Part shown: positions 1-10,332 of the stretch, piece by piece
How positions within the stretch are numbered: position 1 is the first letter of the stretch
Layout of the letters: the number at the start of each line of letters is the position of its first letter
Assembly (NCBI GenBank): GCA_040377305.1
Contig: JBEIPA010000015.1
Span: forward strand, 66,842 to 130,841
Length of the DNA stretch: 64,000 bases
Direction: 5' to 3'
From: Flavobacteriales bacterium
GTDB lineage: Bacteria; Bacteroidota; Bacteroidia; Palsa-965
Position numbers and translations under genes: made by a program
The notes under the pieces: model-generated
Database searches by the model: none
What the model saw: only the letters and a program-made list of their open reading frames with translations
What the model was told of the DNA's origin: nothing

Positions 1-114
1 ATAGGTAAAGGAGCAATAGTCGGAGCACACAGTGTGGTAACTGAGAATGTTGAGCCATTCACAATTGTGACGGGAAATCCTGCAAAAGTTTCTGGTCGCA
101 TCAAACAAGAATAA
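1..114 (+). CDS. C-terminal fragment of a hexapeptide-repeat (LbH) acyltransferase, truncated by the window edge
   Basis: Manual frame-1 translation IGKGAIVGAHSVVTENVEPFTIVTGNPAKVSGRIKQE*, a typical LbH C-terminus (GAxSVVT...GNPAK). Confidence 0.85.
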   Translation: MGKGAIVGAHSVVTENVEPFTIVTGNPAKVSGRIKQE

Positions 115-128
115 TCGGAGCACGCACT

Positions 129-746
129 ATGTTCGGAAAAAATAAAAAAGTTGATTCGGTAAAACCACTTACTCCCTTGCAACGCTATGTTCAGGAGGGG
201 GCGGTTATAGTTGGTAGTCGGACGATCACAGACGGTTTCGTTCCTGAAATACGACCAGCAGGAAGCCCTTCCGGTAAATCGCGAATTGTAATCGGAGAGG
301 ATTGCGTAGTTGCTGGTGCGTTTATTCTTGAGAACGATGGTGGGAAAGTTAGAATCGGTAACAGGACATTCATTGGCGGAGGACGATTTATCAGTATTGC
401 GGGAATCGAAATTGGGGACGATGTGATGTTCTCGTGGGGTTGCACGTTGATGGATAACGACGCACATTCTTTGGATTGGCAACAGCGTGTGAATGATGTT
501 GCAGACTGGAAGCGAGGCTTGGATGAAAAAAAGATCGGAGCATATAAAAATTGGGAAGCAGTTGATTCAGCACCCATTGTTGTGGGCAATCGGGCATGGA
601 TAGGATTTAACGTTATCATCTTGAAAGGAATCACGATTGGCGAAGGTGCTGTTGTTGCAGCAGGCAGTGTGGTTACGAAAGATGTAGCTCCGTATACACT
701 CGTTGCTGGTAATCCAGCGCGTTATATCAAAGATTTACAGAAGTAA
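129..746 (+). CDS. LbH sugar O-acyltransferase (maltose/galactoside acetyltransferase-like)
   Basis: Hexapeptide repeats; C-terminal IGEGAVVAAGSVVTKDV...GNPAR. Confidence 0.9.
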   Translation: MFGKNKKVDSVKPLTPLQRYVQEGAVIVGSRTITDGFVPEIRPAGSPSGKSRIVIGEDCVVAGAFILENDGGKVRIGNRTFIGGGRFISIAGIEIGDDVMFSWGCTLMDNDAHSLDWQQRVNDVADWKRGLDEKKIGAYKNWEAVDSAPIVVGNRAWIGFNVIILKGITIGEGAVVAAGSVVTKDVAPYTLVAGNPARYIKDLQK

Positions 747-749
747 TTT

Positions 750-1625
750 ATGACCTGGGAAGAAATCATCATCAAAATCCGCAAAGATGCCGCTTACAAA
801 GAGCTGGTTGAGCTCGCGTATTTTGAAGAGGATCTTCCGCTGAATGTTGAACGGTTTCGTCATTCAGAGGAATACAAAGAAACACTGCGCCTGATTCAGG
901 AATACTTGCCAGGGACTGATAAACGGATTGCAGATATTGGCGCGGGGAATGGCATTGCTTCTGTTGCATTTGCGTTGGATGGTTATCACGTAATTGCAGT
1001 AGAACCTGATCCGAGTGACACAATTGGTGCTGGCGCAATTCGTAAGCTGCAGCAACACTACAACCTGAAAAATCTGGAAGTGGTCGAGGCTTGGGGAGAG
1101 TCATTACCCATGGAAAAAAACTCACTCGACATTGTTTATATACGCCAGGCTGTACACCACGCAGCAAAGCTGAATGATTTTATCTCGGAAACGGCACGCT
1201 TGCTGAAACCGGGTGGAATACTTTTTACAGTCCGCGATCACGTGATTTATAATGAGGAAGACAAACAATTATTTTTGAAGTCTCACCCTCTGCATAAATT
1301 CTACGGTGGAGAAAATGCGTTTACAGAAGCGGAATACGATTCTGCAATTTCCGGAGCCGGACTGAAAGTGCAACAGAAGCTCTATCACTACGATTCGGTG
1401 ATCAATTATTTTCCGGAGAAGGCTTCAGTCGTTGAAGGCAAGAAAAAGAAACGCAGCGACTTCATAGAACAGAACTGGAAAAAGAACATTCCATCTGCTC
1501 TTCGAAAAATTGACGCGATCAAATCGTGGTATTATCGTCGCGCCGAAAGTAAGCTTGGAGTTCTATTCGATGCCTCGAAAATTCCCGGCAGGTTGATTTC
1601 ATACATTGCACGAAAGCCGTTATGA
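750..1625 (+). CDS. Class I SAM-dependent methyltransferase
   Basis: Motif I IADIGAGNG; LDIVY...HH; RLLKPGG. Confidence 0.9.
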   Translation: MTWEEIIIKIRKDAAYKELVELAYFEEDLPLNVERFRHSEEYKETLRLIQEYLPGTDKRIADIGAGNGIASVAFALDGYHVIAVEPDPSDTIGAGAIRKLQQHYNLKNLEVVEAWGESLPMEKNSLDIVYIRQAVHHAAKLNDFISETARLLKPGGILFTVRDHVIYNEEDKQLFLKSHPLHKFYGGENAFTEAEYDSAISGAGLKVQQKLYHYDSVINYFPEKASVVEGKKKKRSDFIEQNWKKNIPSALRKIDAIKSWYYRRAESKLGVLFDASKIPGRLISYIARKPL

Positions 1626-2509
1626 GAATCTTAGTCATCGGTTCAAAAGGATTTGTTGGTTCGGCCTGTGTACGCATTCTGAGCAAGGAGCACAGCGTAA
1701 CGGGTGCTGATATTGTAGCCACTGATTCACCTTCTTATTTTCAGATTCGGGATGCGAACAGTTTCGATGAACTTTTCGCTGCTAATGAATTCGATTATTG
1801 TATCAATGCATCCGGATCGGCAAACGTGGGGTTCTCTTTCTCGAATCCCGAAAAAGATTTTGAGCTGAACGTAGCGAATGTGAAACGCATGCTTGTCGCG
1901 ATCAAAATGCATCAACCCAAATGCCGTTTCATTAATTTCTCCAGTGCAGCGGTGTATGGAAATCCAAAGTCATTGCCCATTGAAGAAAGCGCAACGTTGA
2001 ATCCGGTTTCTCCATACGGCAAACACAAATTGGCTTCAGAAGAACTTCTGATGGAATATCACGCGCAAGGACTTGCGACGTGCAGCCTACGTGTTTTCTC
2101 GGCTTACGGCCCGGGATTGCATAAGCAACTGTTCTGGGATATCTATCAGAAAAGACTTGCCTCTCGCGATGTAACGCTCTTTGGAACAGGAAAAGAAAGT
2201 CGCGATTTCATTTACATTGATGATCTCGTAGAAGCGCTGCGTTGTATCATGGAAGGAGCTTCCTTTGCTGGCGAGGCAATCAATGTATCATCCGGGTGTG
2301 AAACAACCATTGAAGAAGCTGCGCGAAAGTTTCTCGATGCTAGTGGCTTACCTTACACACTGAAGTTTTCGGGTGAAGTAAAAGTCGGTGATCCGCTTAA
2401 TTGGAGAGCTTCTGTAGAAAAACTTACGCAGTTGGGCTTTAGTGCGTCAACCGTTATTGGGGTTGGACTCGCGGCTACGATGGCGGATTACGCTGCATCG
2501 GGCAAATAA
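1622..2509 (+). CDS. NAD-dependent epimerase/dehydratase (extended SDR)
   Basis: GSKGFVG, SSAAVYG, YGKHK (YxxxK), RDFIYIDD; ATGA overlap with upstream gene. Confidence 0.92.
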   Translation: MRILVIGSKGFVGSACVRILSKEHSVTGADIVATDSPSYFQIRDANSFDELFAANEFDYCINASGSANVGFSFSNPEKDFELNVANVKRMLVAIKMHQPKCRFINFSSAAVYGNPKSLPIEESATLNPVSPYGKHKLASEELLMEYHAQGLATCSLRVFSAYGPGLHKQLFWDIYQKRLASRDVTLFGTGKESRDFIYIDDLVEALRCIMEGASFAGEAINVSSGCETTIEEAARKFLDASGLPYTLKFSGEVKVGDPLNWRASVEKLTQLGFSASTVIGVGLAATMADYAASGK

Positions 2510-2521
2510 CCTGCGGAATAT

Positions 2522-2529
2522 TAACTTTG
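2522..2529 (+). promoter_or_regulatory. Bacteroidota -7 promoter element TAACTTTG
   Basis: Exact TAnnTTTG match in a short intergenic gap, 4 nt before ATG 2534. Confidence 0.6.
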
Positions 2530-2533
2530 ATGT

Positions 2534-3703
2534 ATGCCCGGTCAGCGTACAACCGTATTCCATCACAATTACTCCGAAAATGCCTGGCTAGGTGGTACAC
2601 ACTACTTTAATAATCTACGATCTGTTACTTCACGATTCAACCCGGAACTGGAATTGTGCGGACTCAATCTGAATGCTTTGCCCACACGTTACGAGGGATT
2701 TATCACTCGTGTGAAGCTGAGTTGGCATAATCGCGTTACAAAAAAAATACCTCCACACCTTGTTGCGCAGGGACGCAGAAATACACTCGCAGGAAAAGCA
2801 GGATCGAACCGGTTTTGTGTTTACTCCACGGATTTCGCACAGATAAAGAATCTGGGTGACGTGAACGGCATATTCTGGATTCCGGACTTTCAGATGTTTC
2901 ATCTTCCTGAATTTTTCTCAGCCGAGGATATGGAGTACCGGAAGAAAAATTATGCTGAAGGTGGAAAACTCGCGAGCCTCGTCGTGGTGAGCAGTGAAAC
3001 CGCAAAGAAAGATTTAGAACGTTTTTTTCCGGAGCTCTTACCCAAAGCAAGAGTACTGCGTTTTGTGACGGAAGTTGATCCGTTGATGACCTCGACTGAT
3101 CCGCGTTACGTGTGTGAGAAATACAATCTACCGGAGAAATTTTTCTACGTTCCTAATCAATATTGGAAACACAAGAACCACATGCTGGTGATTGATGCTT
3201 TAGCTAAAGCGATAGAACGCTTTCCGGAGATGCACATTGTTTTTTCCGGTGGCCAGAATGATGCACGGAATCCGGATTGGACAGAGCAGCTCAGAGCAGC
3301 CATTACGAAATACGGCATCACAAAACATGTAACTGAAACGGGAATTATTCCTAAGCCGGATGTTTATGCACTGATGCGCCAGTGTTGTTCGATGATTAAC
3401 GTTTCCCGGTTTGAAGGCTGGAGTACCACTGTTGAAGAATCAAAGGCGGTTGGTAAACGAATGATACTTTCTGATCTTGATGTTCACAAAGAACAAAATC
3501 CTCCCGGCGGAATTTATGTCGGAACAGATGATGTTGCTCAACTCGCTAACGCCATGTGTGAAGTCTGGACAGTTGCAAAGGCGGGTCCCGATGTTCTTGC
3601 AGAGCAACACGCAGCGGATCAATTGACCGAAAAATTGAAAGACTTTTCTAGAACATTCAGTACTATCATCGAAGAATCATTTAATTACAACCAATACAAG
3701 TAG
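2534..3703 (+). CDS. Glycosyltransferase family 4 (GT-B)
   Basis: PNQYWKHKNH, SRFEGWSTTVEE (Ex7E), SDLDVHKE. Confidence 0.9.
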   Translation: MPGQRTTVFHHNYSENAWLGGTHYFNNLRSVTSRFNPELELCGLNLNALPTRYEGFITRVKLSWHNRVTKKIPPHLVAQGRRNTLAGKAGSNRFCVYSTDFAQIKNLGDVNGIFWIPDFQMFHLPEFFSAEDMEYRKKNYAEGGKLASLVVVSSETAKKDLERFFPELLPKARVLRFVTEVDPLMTSTDPRYVCEKYNLPEKFFYVPNQYWKHKNHMLVIDALAKAIERFPEMHIVFSGGQNDARNPDWTEQLRAAITKYGITKHVTETGIIPKPDVYALMRQCCSMINVSRFEGWSTTVEESKAVGKRMILSDLDVHKEQNPPGGIYVGTDDVAQLANAMCEVWTVAKAGPDVLAEQHAADQLTEKLKDFSRTFSTIIEESFNYNQYK

Positions 3704-3705
3704 CA

Positions 3706-4575
3706 GTGCATTATCCCAAAATCTCTATCGTCACACCATCCTTCAATCAGGGAGCATTCCTTGAAGAAACGATTCGCGCTGTTCTGGGGCAGGGATATCC
3801 AAACCTGGAATACATAATAATCGATGGTGGCAGTACAGACAACTCCGTCGAGATTATCAAAAAGTATGAAAAGCAGTTGTCGTATTGGGTAAGTGAAAGG
3901 GATAGTGGGATGTACGATGCTATTCAGAAGGGAATGTCTCGGGCTACTGGCGATGTCATGGGTTGGATTAACTCCGACGATGGATATCATCCAAAGGCTT
4001 TGTTTGTAGTGGGCGAAGTTTTTCATAATCTTCCGGTGGTGAGTTGGATTCAAGGCAATCCTTCTTCTATGGATGAGCAAGGCAGGATGGTTTCCAGTTT
4101 TTCTTCAAGACGATGGTCGCGCTTTCATTTTTATATGCGCGATTACAAATTCGTGCAGCAGGAGTCGACTTTCTGGAGAAGATCTTTGTGGGAAATGGCG
4201 GGTAGTTCTTTGCGAACAGATTTAAAACTCGCTGGAGATTTTGAGCTTTGGCTGCGATTCATGAAATATGCAAAGCTCCATGTGTTGCGAGCACCATTGG
4301 GCATTTTCCGCCTGAGAAGCGGTAACCAATTGAGCCTCGATCGGTTGGAAGATTATAACAAGGAATGCCTTGCTGAAATTGAGAAGTCGGTAGCAGCCCT
4401 TTCTTCAAACGATGTTGAGAAGCTTTCATACCTGAAAAAATATTGGTCTGTTTATTCGAAGATTCCGTTCATGAAGTCTGGCGCCAAACAGAAGTTTGAT
4501 GCAATTCTTGATTTGCCTTCTGATATTATTTTCGATCGTAAGCTTCAGAAATTTTATCTGCAAAACGCGAAGTAA
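3706..4575 (+). CDS. Glycosyltransferase family 2 (WfgS/WcaE-like)
   Basis: ISIVTPSFNQ, IIDGGSTD, WINSDD; GTG start. Confidence 0.92.
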   Translation: MHYPKISIVTPSFNQGAFLEETIRAVLGQGYPNLEYIIIDGGSTDNSVEIIKKYEKQLSYWVSERDSGMYDAIQKGMSRATGDVMGWINSDDGYHPKALFVVGEVFHNLPVVSWIQGNPSSMDEQGRMVSSFSSRRWSRFHFYMRDYKFVQQESTFWRRSLWEMAGSSLRTDLKLAGDFELWLRFMKYAKLHVLRAPLGIFRLRSGNQLSLDRLEDYNKECLAEIEKSVAALSSNDVEKLSYLKKYWSVYSKIPFMKSGAKQKFDAILDLPSDIIFDRKLQKFYLQNAK

Positions 4576-5360
4576 TGCTGCAAGGAATCCGCAGGTATTT
4601 TCATGAACGCAAATACGGGGAGAATTACTACCTCGTGTATTCCATGGGTAAAGTCGGATCGTCAACTGTATACACTGAGCTGATCAGGCAATTTCCGGTT
4701 GATGCCATTCAACTCCATTTTCTATCTGATCATTGGCTAAAAGAAGTGTTGCCGACGATGCACGACGCATTTGGGTATCATGCGGGACTTGCCGACGAAT
4801 ATGCAGCTCACCGGAAACAAAAACCGAATCAGCGGCTTAAGATTATCACCATGGTTCGTGAACCGGTAATTCGCGACATCTCCGATGTGTTTGAAAACTG
4901 GAAAACATTTTTCAGCCTGGAGAAAGCACATGAATTGACCAGCGAAATGGTGCTTACCCGATTACGCATGCACAAATTCGAGTATACACTCAACTGGTTC
5001 GACAACGAGTTCAGAAACTGGACGGGCATTGACATTTACAATAAGCCATTTGACAAAGAGCAGGGATATTCTGTATGGCACTTCGATGCTTTTGATGTAC
5101 TTTGTATCAAGCTCGAGAAAATGGATTCCGTATTAACAAAGGGAATGCTGGAATTAGGTGGACCTCCGTTGAAGCAAGGTTCTAATGCGAATGTTGCCAC
5201 CTCGAAAGCGATAAAGGATGTGTACAAGGATGTTTCAAACAAATTCCGTTTGAGCCCAGAACAGGAGAATATTCTGCTGAACTCAAAGTATCTGAATCAT
5301 TTTTACACTGCAGATGAAATTATGGCTCTGAAAACACGCTGGAGCTCAAACAACGTATAA
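4575..5360 (+). CDS. Putative capsular polysaccharide synthesis protein with sulfotransferase-like fold (NKWYS-like)
   Basis: YSMGKVGSST resembles the 5'-PSB loop and REPVIRDIS the 3'-PB motif; WFDNEF...GIDIY, HFYT. Confidence 0.65.
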   Translation: MLQGIRRYFHERKYGENYYLVYSMGKVGSSTVYTELIRQFPVDAIQLHFLSDHWLKEVLPTMHDAFGYHAGLADEYAAHRKQKPNQRLKIITMVREPVIRDISDVFENWKTFFSLEKAHELTSEMVLTRLRMHKFEYTLNWFDNEFRNWTGIDIYNKPFDKEQGYSVWHFDAFDVLCIKLEKMDSVLTKGMLELGGPPLKQGSNANVATSKAIKDVYKDVSNKFRLSPEQENILLNSKYLNHFYTADEIMALKTRWSSNNV

Positions 5361-6013
5361 TGGCCGGATTCCTGAGAAGCTTACTCCCTCAATTTCTCGC
5401 CAAACGCATGGACAAGAACAACGCGCCTGTGAAAAAAGATTATCGGAACTCACCTCAATTAAATGTTGGAACTGCAATTCTGCAACCGCAATTTTCAATT
5501 CGTGTCGACCAGCCTATTAACGGAAAGAAGTACGTTCAAATCGGCGATGATGCAATTGTAAATTGTACCCTTGTTTTTGAATCTCCTGAAGGTGAAGTGC
5601 GAATCGGCAAACGAACGTTTATAGGTAACAGCACGATCATTTGCAGAAATGCAGTTACCATCGGGGAAGAAATATTCATCTCCTGGGGCTGCACAATCTC
5701 CGACCACGACGGTCACTCCACCGATTACAAAGAGCGGTCAAATGATATCACACAGTTGTTGGAAGATCTGCGTCGACCGGGGAAGCTTGTGGAGCACAAG
5801 AATTGGACGGCGGTTAAGTCGGCACCGATTGTGATCAAGGATCATGCGTGGATTGGAATGCATTGCATCATCACAAAAGGTGTGACCATTGGCGAAGGGG
5901 CAATCATTGCAGCTGGCAGTGTTGTCGTGCATGATATACCGGCATGGACAGTCGCAGGAGGAAATCCAGCGAAAGTGATTCGTGAAATACCACCTGAACA
6001 GCGCAAAGCGTAA
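5360..6013 (+). CDS. LbH sugar O-acyltransferase
   Basis: Hexapeptide repeats; IGEGAIIAAGSVVVHDIP...GNPAK; paralog of 129..746. Confidence 0.9.
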   Translation: MAGFLRSLLPQFLAKRMDKNNAPVKKDYRNSPQLNVGTAILQPQFSIRVDQPINGKKYVQIGDDAIVNCTLVFESPEGEVRIGKRTFIGNSTIICRNAVTIGEEIFISWGCTISDHDGHSTDYKERSNDITQLLEDLRRPGKLVEHKNWTAVKSAPIVIKDHAWIGMHCIITKGVTIGEGAIIAAGSVVVHDIPAWTVAGGNPAKVIREIPPEQRKA

Positions 6014-7032
6014 TGGAATATCCGAAGATCACAATCATCACACCTTCATTCAATCAGGGGCATTACCTGGAGGAGACGATCTTGTCGGTGCTCAATCAGA
6101 ATTATCCCAACCTGGAATATTTTGTAGTGGACGGAGGTAGTACTGATAATTCTGTTGAGATCATTCAACGTTACGCCGACCGCATTACGTGGTGGGTGAG
6201 CGAAAGGGATAAAGGCCAGACCGAGGCGATTAACAAAGGAATGTTACGCGCTACCGGCGACATCGTGAACTGGATTAACAGCGACGATTTACTCGCACCA
6301 GGATCACTGCATCACGTTGCAGAAATGTTTGTGGGTTCAGATGCCTTATGTCTGTGCGGACCAATCACCATGTTTGAGAATGAGAAGCGTTGGAAGTTTG
6401 ACGCCGCATTCAAAAAAGGCGATTCGTTTGAAATCGTTTTCGGAATTGACATCTATAATCAGCCCGGCACTTTTTTTCACCGCAAGGCGATTGATAAGAT
6501 CGGTTTGCCTGATATGCGCCTGCATTACGTGATGGACAAAGAGTGGTTCATGCGTTTTCTCATGCATTGCGGAACTGATCGTATTGCTACCACAGAACAA
6601 TTGCTTGCGGATTATAGAATTCACTCGACTACCAAGACAGCAGGGCAAACGGATAAGTTCATTGCGGAATATGCAATGCTTACTCACCGCTGGGTCTCAG
6701 CTTGTGGAGAAGCGAATTTGGCCGGATTGATTGCAAACAAGTTTGATGTGAGTAAGCATCCGTATGCGGCTCCGGAAATTCAAAACACAGCGCACTTAAA
6801 GAAGGCTGTTGTTCAGATGGCTGCACTCTTGATGCTTCGCAGGTTTCACCGGATTTATAATGAATCCGATTACCACTTCGCAGAAAAGCTCAACAAGGCA
6901 ATTGATTGGAGTCAGGTGGAACTGGATCAGCAGCTTCAGAAGAATCTGGCAGCTATGCAACGCAATCTTTCGTGGGGGAGCTGGACACTCTTCCGTCTGA
7001 AACGTAAGCTCGGACTAGCCGGTAAATACTGA
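6013..7032 (+). CDS. Glycosyltransferase family 2
   Basis: ITIITPSFNQ, VDGGSTD, WINSDD. Confidence 0.92.
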   Translation: MEYPKITIITPSFNQGHYLEETILSVLNQNYPNLEYFVVDGGSTDNSVEIIQRYADRITWWVSERDKGQTEAINKGMLRATGDIVNWINSDDLLAPGSLHHVAEMFVGSDALCLCGPITMFENEKRWKFDAAFKKGDSFEIVFGIDIYNQPGTFFHRKAIDKIGLPDMRLHYVMDKEWFMRFLMHCGTDRIATTEQLLADYRIHSTTKTAGQTDKFIAEYAMLTHRWVSACGEANLAGLIANKFDVSKHPYAAPEIQNTAHLKKAVVQMAALLMLRRFHRIYNESDYHFAEKLNKAIDWSQVELDQQLQKNLAAMQRNLSWGSWTLFRLKRKLGLAGKY

Positions 7033-7077
7033 TTAACCTCGTATCTTAGCAGGAGGAGAAACATCTGAATCCCAGTT

Positions 7078-8220
7078 GTGCATTTAACCGGCAAGAAATT
7101 ACTTTTCGTCTTTCATAATTCCGGGCTAACCGGCGCATCAATCGTGCTTCTTCGGTACGTTGAGTTTCTGAAAAAGCATTATCCCGATGTTCAGCTTAAG
7201 TTTTTACTTCCGGGAAGAGGAAAGATTGAAGAACGACTTTCAAAAGCCGGAAGCGTGGAGTATTATTCAGCTCCGGTTGAATTGTCGTTTAGCGATAGAG
7301 TCAAACGTAAGCTGGGAATAAAAAGTGCAACGCACGATAGAGTGATGCAAGCCGTGAAGCTTGCTCAGCAATTCAGCCCCGACCTGGTGTACTGCAATAC
7401 AGTTGCCTGTTCCGATTTTATTCCGGCTTTGAAAGATTGTGTAAATGCACCACTCATCTGGCACTTTCATGAGCTGGAAACCGGAATTGCGTTAACCGGA
7501 ATTGATCCGCACAACAGTCTGCATGTTGCCGATATTATACTCACAAACTCGGGAACAACTTCTGAATTTCTGAACAGTGAATATGGCGTTGAGCCTGCAC
7601 GAACGCGTATGGTTTATCCGTCTGTGCCATCACATAACCGAAGTCGATCTGCATCGGGTAACCAGTTTGTAATTGGTTCTGCCGGAACAGCGCTACCTAC
7701 GAAGGGCGCATTTGATTTTATTGAACTTGCATCAGAAATGCAGAAACTAGATCCATCGGCAAACTACCGTTTTGTGTGGATCGGAAATTTCCGCAAGCAC
7801 AAAGAGGATATTGAAACTGAAATTTCGAAGTACAACGTGGGTACCATTCTGCAGTTCACCGGCGAATCTGATTCGCCAATGGACGAGTACAGCAGGATGA
7901 ATCTGTTTGTTTCGTTATCCGGTGAGGAATCATTCGGTCTGGCTCTCGTTGAAGCGGGTTCTATCGGAATACCAGTTGCAGGTTATGCCGATTCCGGTGA
8001 AATCTCAGAAATCGTTCGCCAGTGCAAGGGAATTATTGTAGCTAGACGGCACGTGAAGGACATGGCCGTTGAACTCAACAGGTTGATCTCACTTCCGCAC
8101 GAATTGGAAGTGATGGGTCAAGCTTCACAAAAACACTGTCGCACTTACTTCGATGAGTTGATTGTTCCGCAATGGGTTCACGTTCTGGAAGAAGCTGTTC
8201 GAAAGGAGTCTGTACACTAA
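7078..8220 (+). CDS. Glycosyltransferase family 4
   Basis: TGASIVL, WHFHE, KG, ESFGLALVE; GTG start; TATCTTAG at 7042-7049 upstream. Confidence 0.88.
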   Translation: MHLTGKKLLFVFHNSGLTGASIVLLRYVEFLKKHYPDVQLKFLLPGRGKIEERLSKAGSVEYYSAPVELSFSDRVKRKLGIKSATHDRVMQAVKLAQQFSPDLVYCNTVACSDFIPALKDCVNAPLIWHFHELETGIALTGIDPHNSLHVADIILTNSGTTSEFLNSEYGVEPARTRMVYPSVPSHNRSRSASGNQFVIGSAGTALPTKGAFDFIELASEMQKLDPSANYRFVWIGNFRKHKEDIETEISKYNVGTILQFTGESDSPMDEYSRMNLFVSLSGEESFGLALVEAGSIGIPVAGYADSGEISEIVRQCKGIIVARRHVKDMAVELNRLISLPHELEVMGQASQKHCRTYFDELIVPQWVHVLEEAVRKESVH

Positions 8221-8221
8221 T

Positions 8222-9133
8222 ATGGCGATGGTCTCTGTCATAGTGCCGAATTACAACCACGCGAAGTTTCTTCGCCAGAGATTGGATTCTGTGTATCGCC
8301 AAACGTTCACGGATTTCGAAGTCATCTTGCTGGATGATTGTTCCACCGATGAGAGTCGCACCATTCTGGAAGAGTATCGCAACAACGCAAAAACTGCACA
8401 CGTTGTTCTGAACGAACAGAACACCCGCAGTCCGTTTGCGCAATGGAAAAAAGGAATTTCGCTTGCCCGCGGAAAGTATATATGGATTGCGGAGAGCGAC
8501 GATTTCTGCGATCTCAACTATTTGGAAGTTGTGGTTGCGGAACTGGAAAAAGGAAATGATCTCGTTTACAGTCGGACCGTGCGGGTCGATGAAGCCGGAG
8601 TTCCATTAACCGCAAATCAATATCGCTGGTACGAAGATATTTCTGCAACCCGTTGGCTCGGCAATTTCGAAAACGATGGGAAAACTGAAGCGCGCGATGT
8701 CCTGTTCAGGAAATGTGTGATCAACAATGCGAGCGCTGTTGTCTTCCGGAACGAAAAGAGAATCCAGGAGTATCTGAACGTGGTTCACGGAATGTTTTAC
8801 TCGGGCGACTGGTTATTCTGGATTCAGTATGTATTAGAATCAAAGCGAATTGCTTATACAACAGCGACCAGTAATTATTTTCGCACGCATCCCGGCGTAA
8901 CGCGTTTGCAGACACCCGTGAAACGGAATCCGGAAATGATGAAGATTTTTAATTTCGTTGCTACTCATGAGTTGAGTGAAGGAAAGCGCAAGGAACTGGC
9001 AGAATATTATTTCAAAACACATTTCTTTAAAGGACAGAAACGGGAAGTGGTGAGAAATGGAGTACTTGCATCACGTATGATTTTTAGTTCGCGGTACTTT
9101 TTTGGACCCTGGTGGAGGTACTATTTCGGATGA
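8222..9133 (+). CDS. Glycosyltransferase family 2
   Basis: VSVIVPNYNH, LLDDCSTD, WIAESDD; start moved from the ORF-track 8162 to ATG 8222, just after the upstream stop. Confidence 0.9.
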   Translation: MAMVSVIVPNYNHAKFLRQRLDSVYRQTFTDFEVILLDDCSTDESRTILEEYRNNAKTAHVVLNEQNTRSPFAQWKKGISLARGKYIWIAESDDFCDLNYLEVVVAELEKGNDLVYSRTVRVDEAGVPLTANQYRWYEDISATRWLGNFENDGKTEARDVLFRKCVINNASAVVFRNEKRIQEYLNVVHGMFYSGDWLFWIQYVLESKRIAYTTATSNYFRTHPGVTRLQTPVKRNPEMMKIFNFVATHELSEGKRKELAEYYFKTHFFKGQKREVVRNGVLASRMIFSSRYFFGPWWRYYFG

Positions 9134-10320
9134 GCAGCAAAGGCAAACATATACTGATTACAACCGCGTGGTATCCAACTGCAGCCAGTACGAGCGGCGT
9201 GTTCGTGAAAGAGCAGGGTGAAGCACTCGTGCGCGCAGGAAACAAAGTGGTGATGTTGCTTGTAACGTACAGCACCATTGGCGGCTGGCTGAAAGGAAAC
9301 AAGACGAAGTTTGATCCGAGCGGAACGATGAATGTTCAGCATCTGCATGTTATTTTCAGAATGCCCGGAAGATTTTATGCGAATCCACAGGCCAGCTTTA
9401 AGAAATCCATTCTCAGTCGTGCCACAAGCTGGATGAAGAATTACATCAAAGCAAATGGCAAACCGGATGTAATTCATCACCATTGCATTTCAGACAATGC
9501 GTATGTGGCGTTGCATTTATCGGAAACATTCGGCATACCGTATGTGTTTACAGAACATTCAAATTATTTCAGATACGAAGAGGTGAATAGGTTCAATACG
9601 TTTGAATCATTCGAAGATCATCAGCGTTTCGTGCGTGCTGCGACCACGCGTATTGCCGTAAGTGAAGTGCGCGCAAAAGGCTACGAAAATATTTTCGGAG
9701 CACCGTTCATCACGGTTTCCAACATGGTGTCGCAACTTTTCGCATCGCCATTGCCCACAGCGCCCAAGCCTGAAATATTCACGTTTGTTTGTGTTGCGCT
9801 TTTGGATAAACGGAAGCGTCAGGATTTGCTCATACGTGCATTTGCTTCCGTGTTTGGCGGCAAAGATGTAAAGTTGCAGTTGGTGGGAGCCGGAAATAGC
9901 CGGAACGACTACATCAAGCTGATTGAAGAGCTTGGAATGAACCATCAAATTTCGTTGTTGGGTAAAAAAAACCGCACGGAGGTTCTGGAAATTTTCGACC
10001 GGGCACACGTATGTGTATTATCGTCCGATCAGGAAACGTTCGGAGTTGTATTAGCGGAAGCCATGTTTCGCGGTTTGCCGGTGATTTCTACAATTTGCGG
10101 TGGTCCTGAAGAAATCGTAACACCCGAATGCGGTTTGCTTGTAGAAAAGGGAAATCAGGAATTATACGCTGCTGCCCTCGTAAAAATGCACGCAACATAT
10201 ACACGCTATACACCCGAAAGCATCCGGGCATACGCCATGTCGCGCTTTTCAGAGCAAATTGTCATTTCCAGCCTCGAATCGATATACAATTCCTGTGTGC
10301 ATTCCGCCAAGGGAGCCTAA
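9130..10320 (+). CDS. Glycosyltransferase family 4
   Basis: WYP...GVFVKEQ, TEHS, ETFGVVLAEA, GGPEE; ATGA overlap gives start 9130. Confidence 0.9.
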   Translation: MSSKGKHILITTAWYPTAASTSGVFVKEQGEALVRAGNKVVMLLVTYSTIGGWLKGNKTKFDPSGTMNVQHLHVIFRMPGRFYANPQASFKKSILSRATSWMKNYIKANGKPDVIHHHCISDNAYVALHLSETFGIPYVFTEHSNYFRYEEVNRFNTFESFEDHQRFVRAATTRIAVSEVRAKGYENIFGAPFITVSNMVSQLFASPLPTAPKPEIFTFVCVALLDKRKRQDLLIRAFASVFGGKDVKLQLVGAGNSRNDYIKLIEELGMNHQISLLGKKNRTEVLEIFDRAHVCVLSSDQETFGVVLAEAMFRGLPVISTICGGPEEIVTPECGLLVEKGNQELYAAALVKMHATYTRYTPESIRAYAMSRFSEQIVISSLESIYNSCVHSAKGA

Positions 10321-10332
10321 CTTTACAATCGT

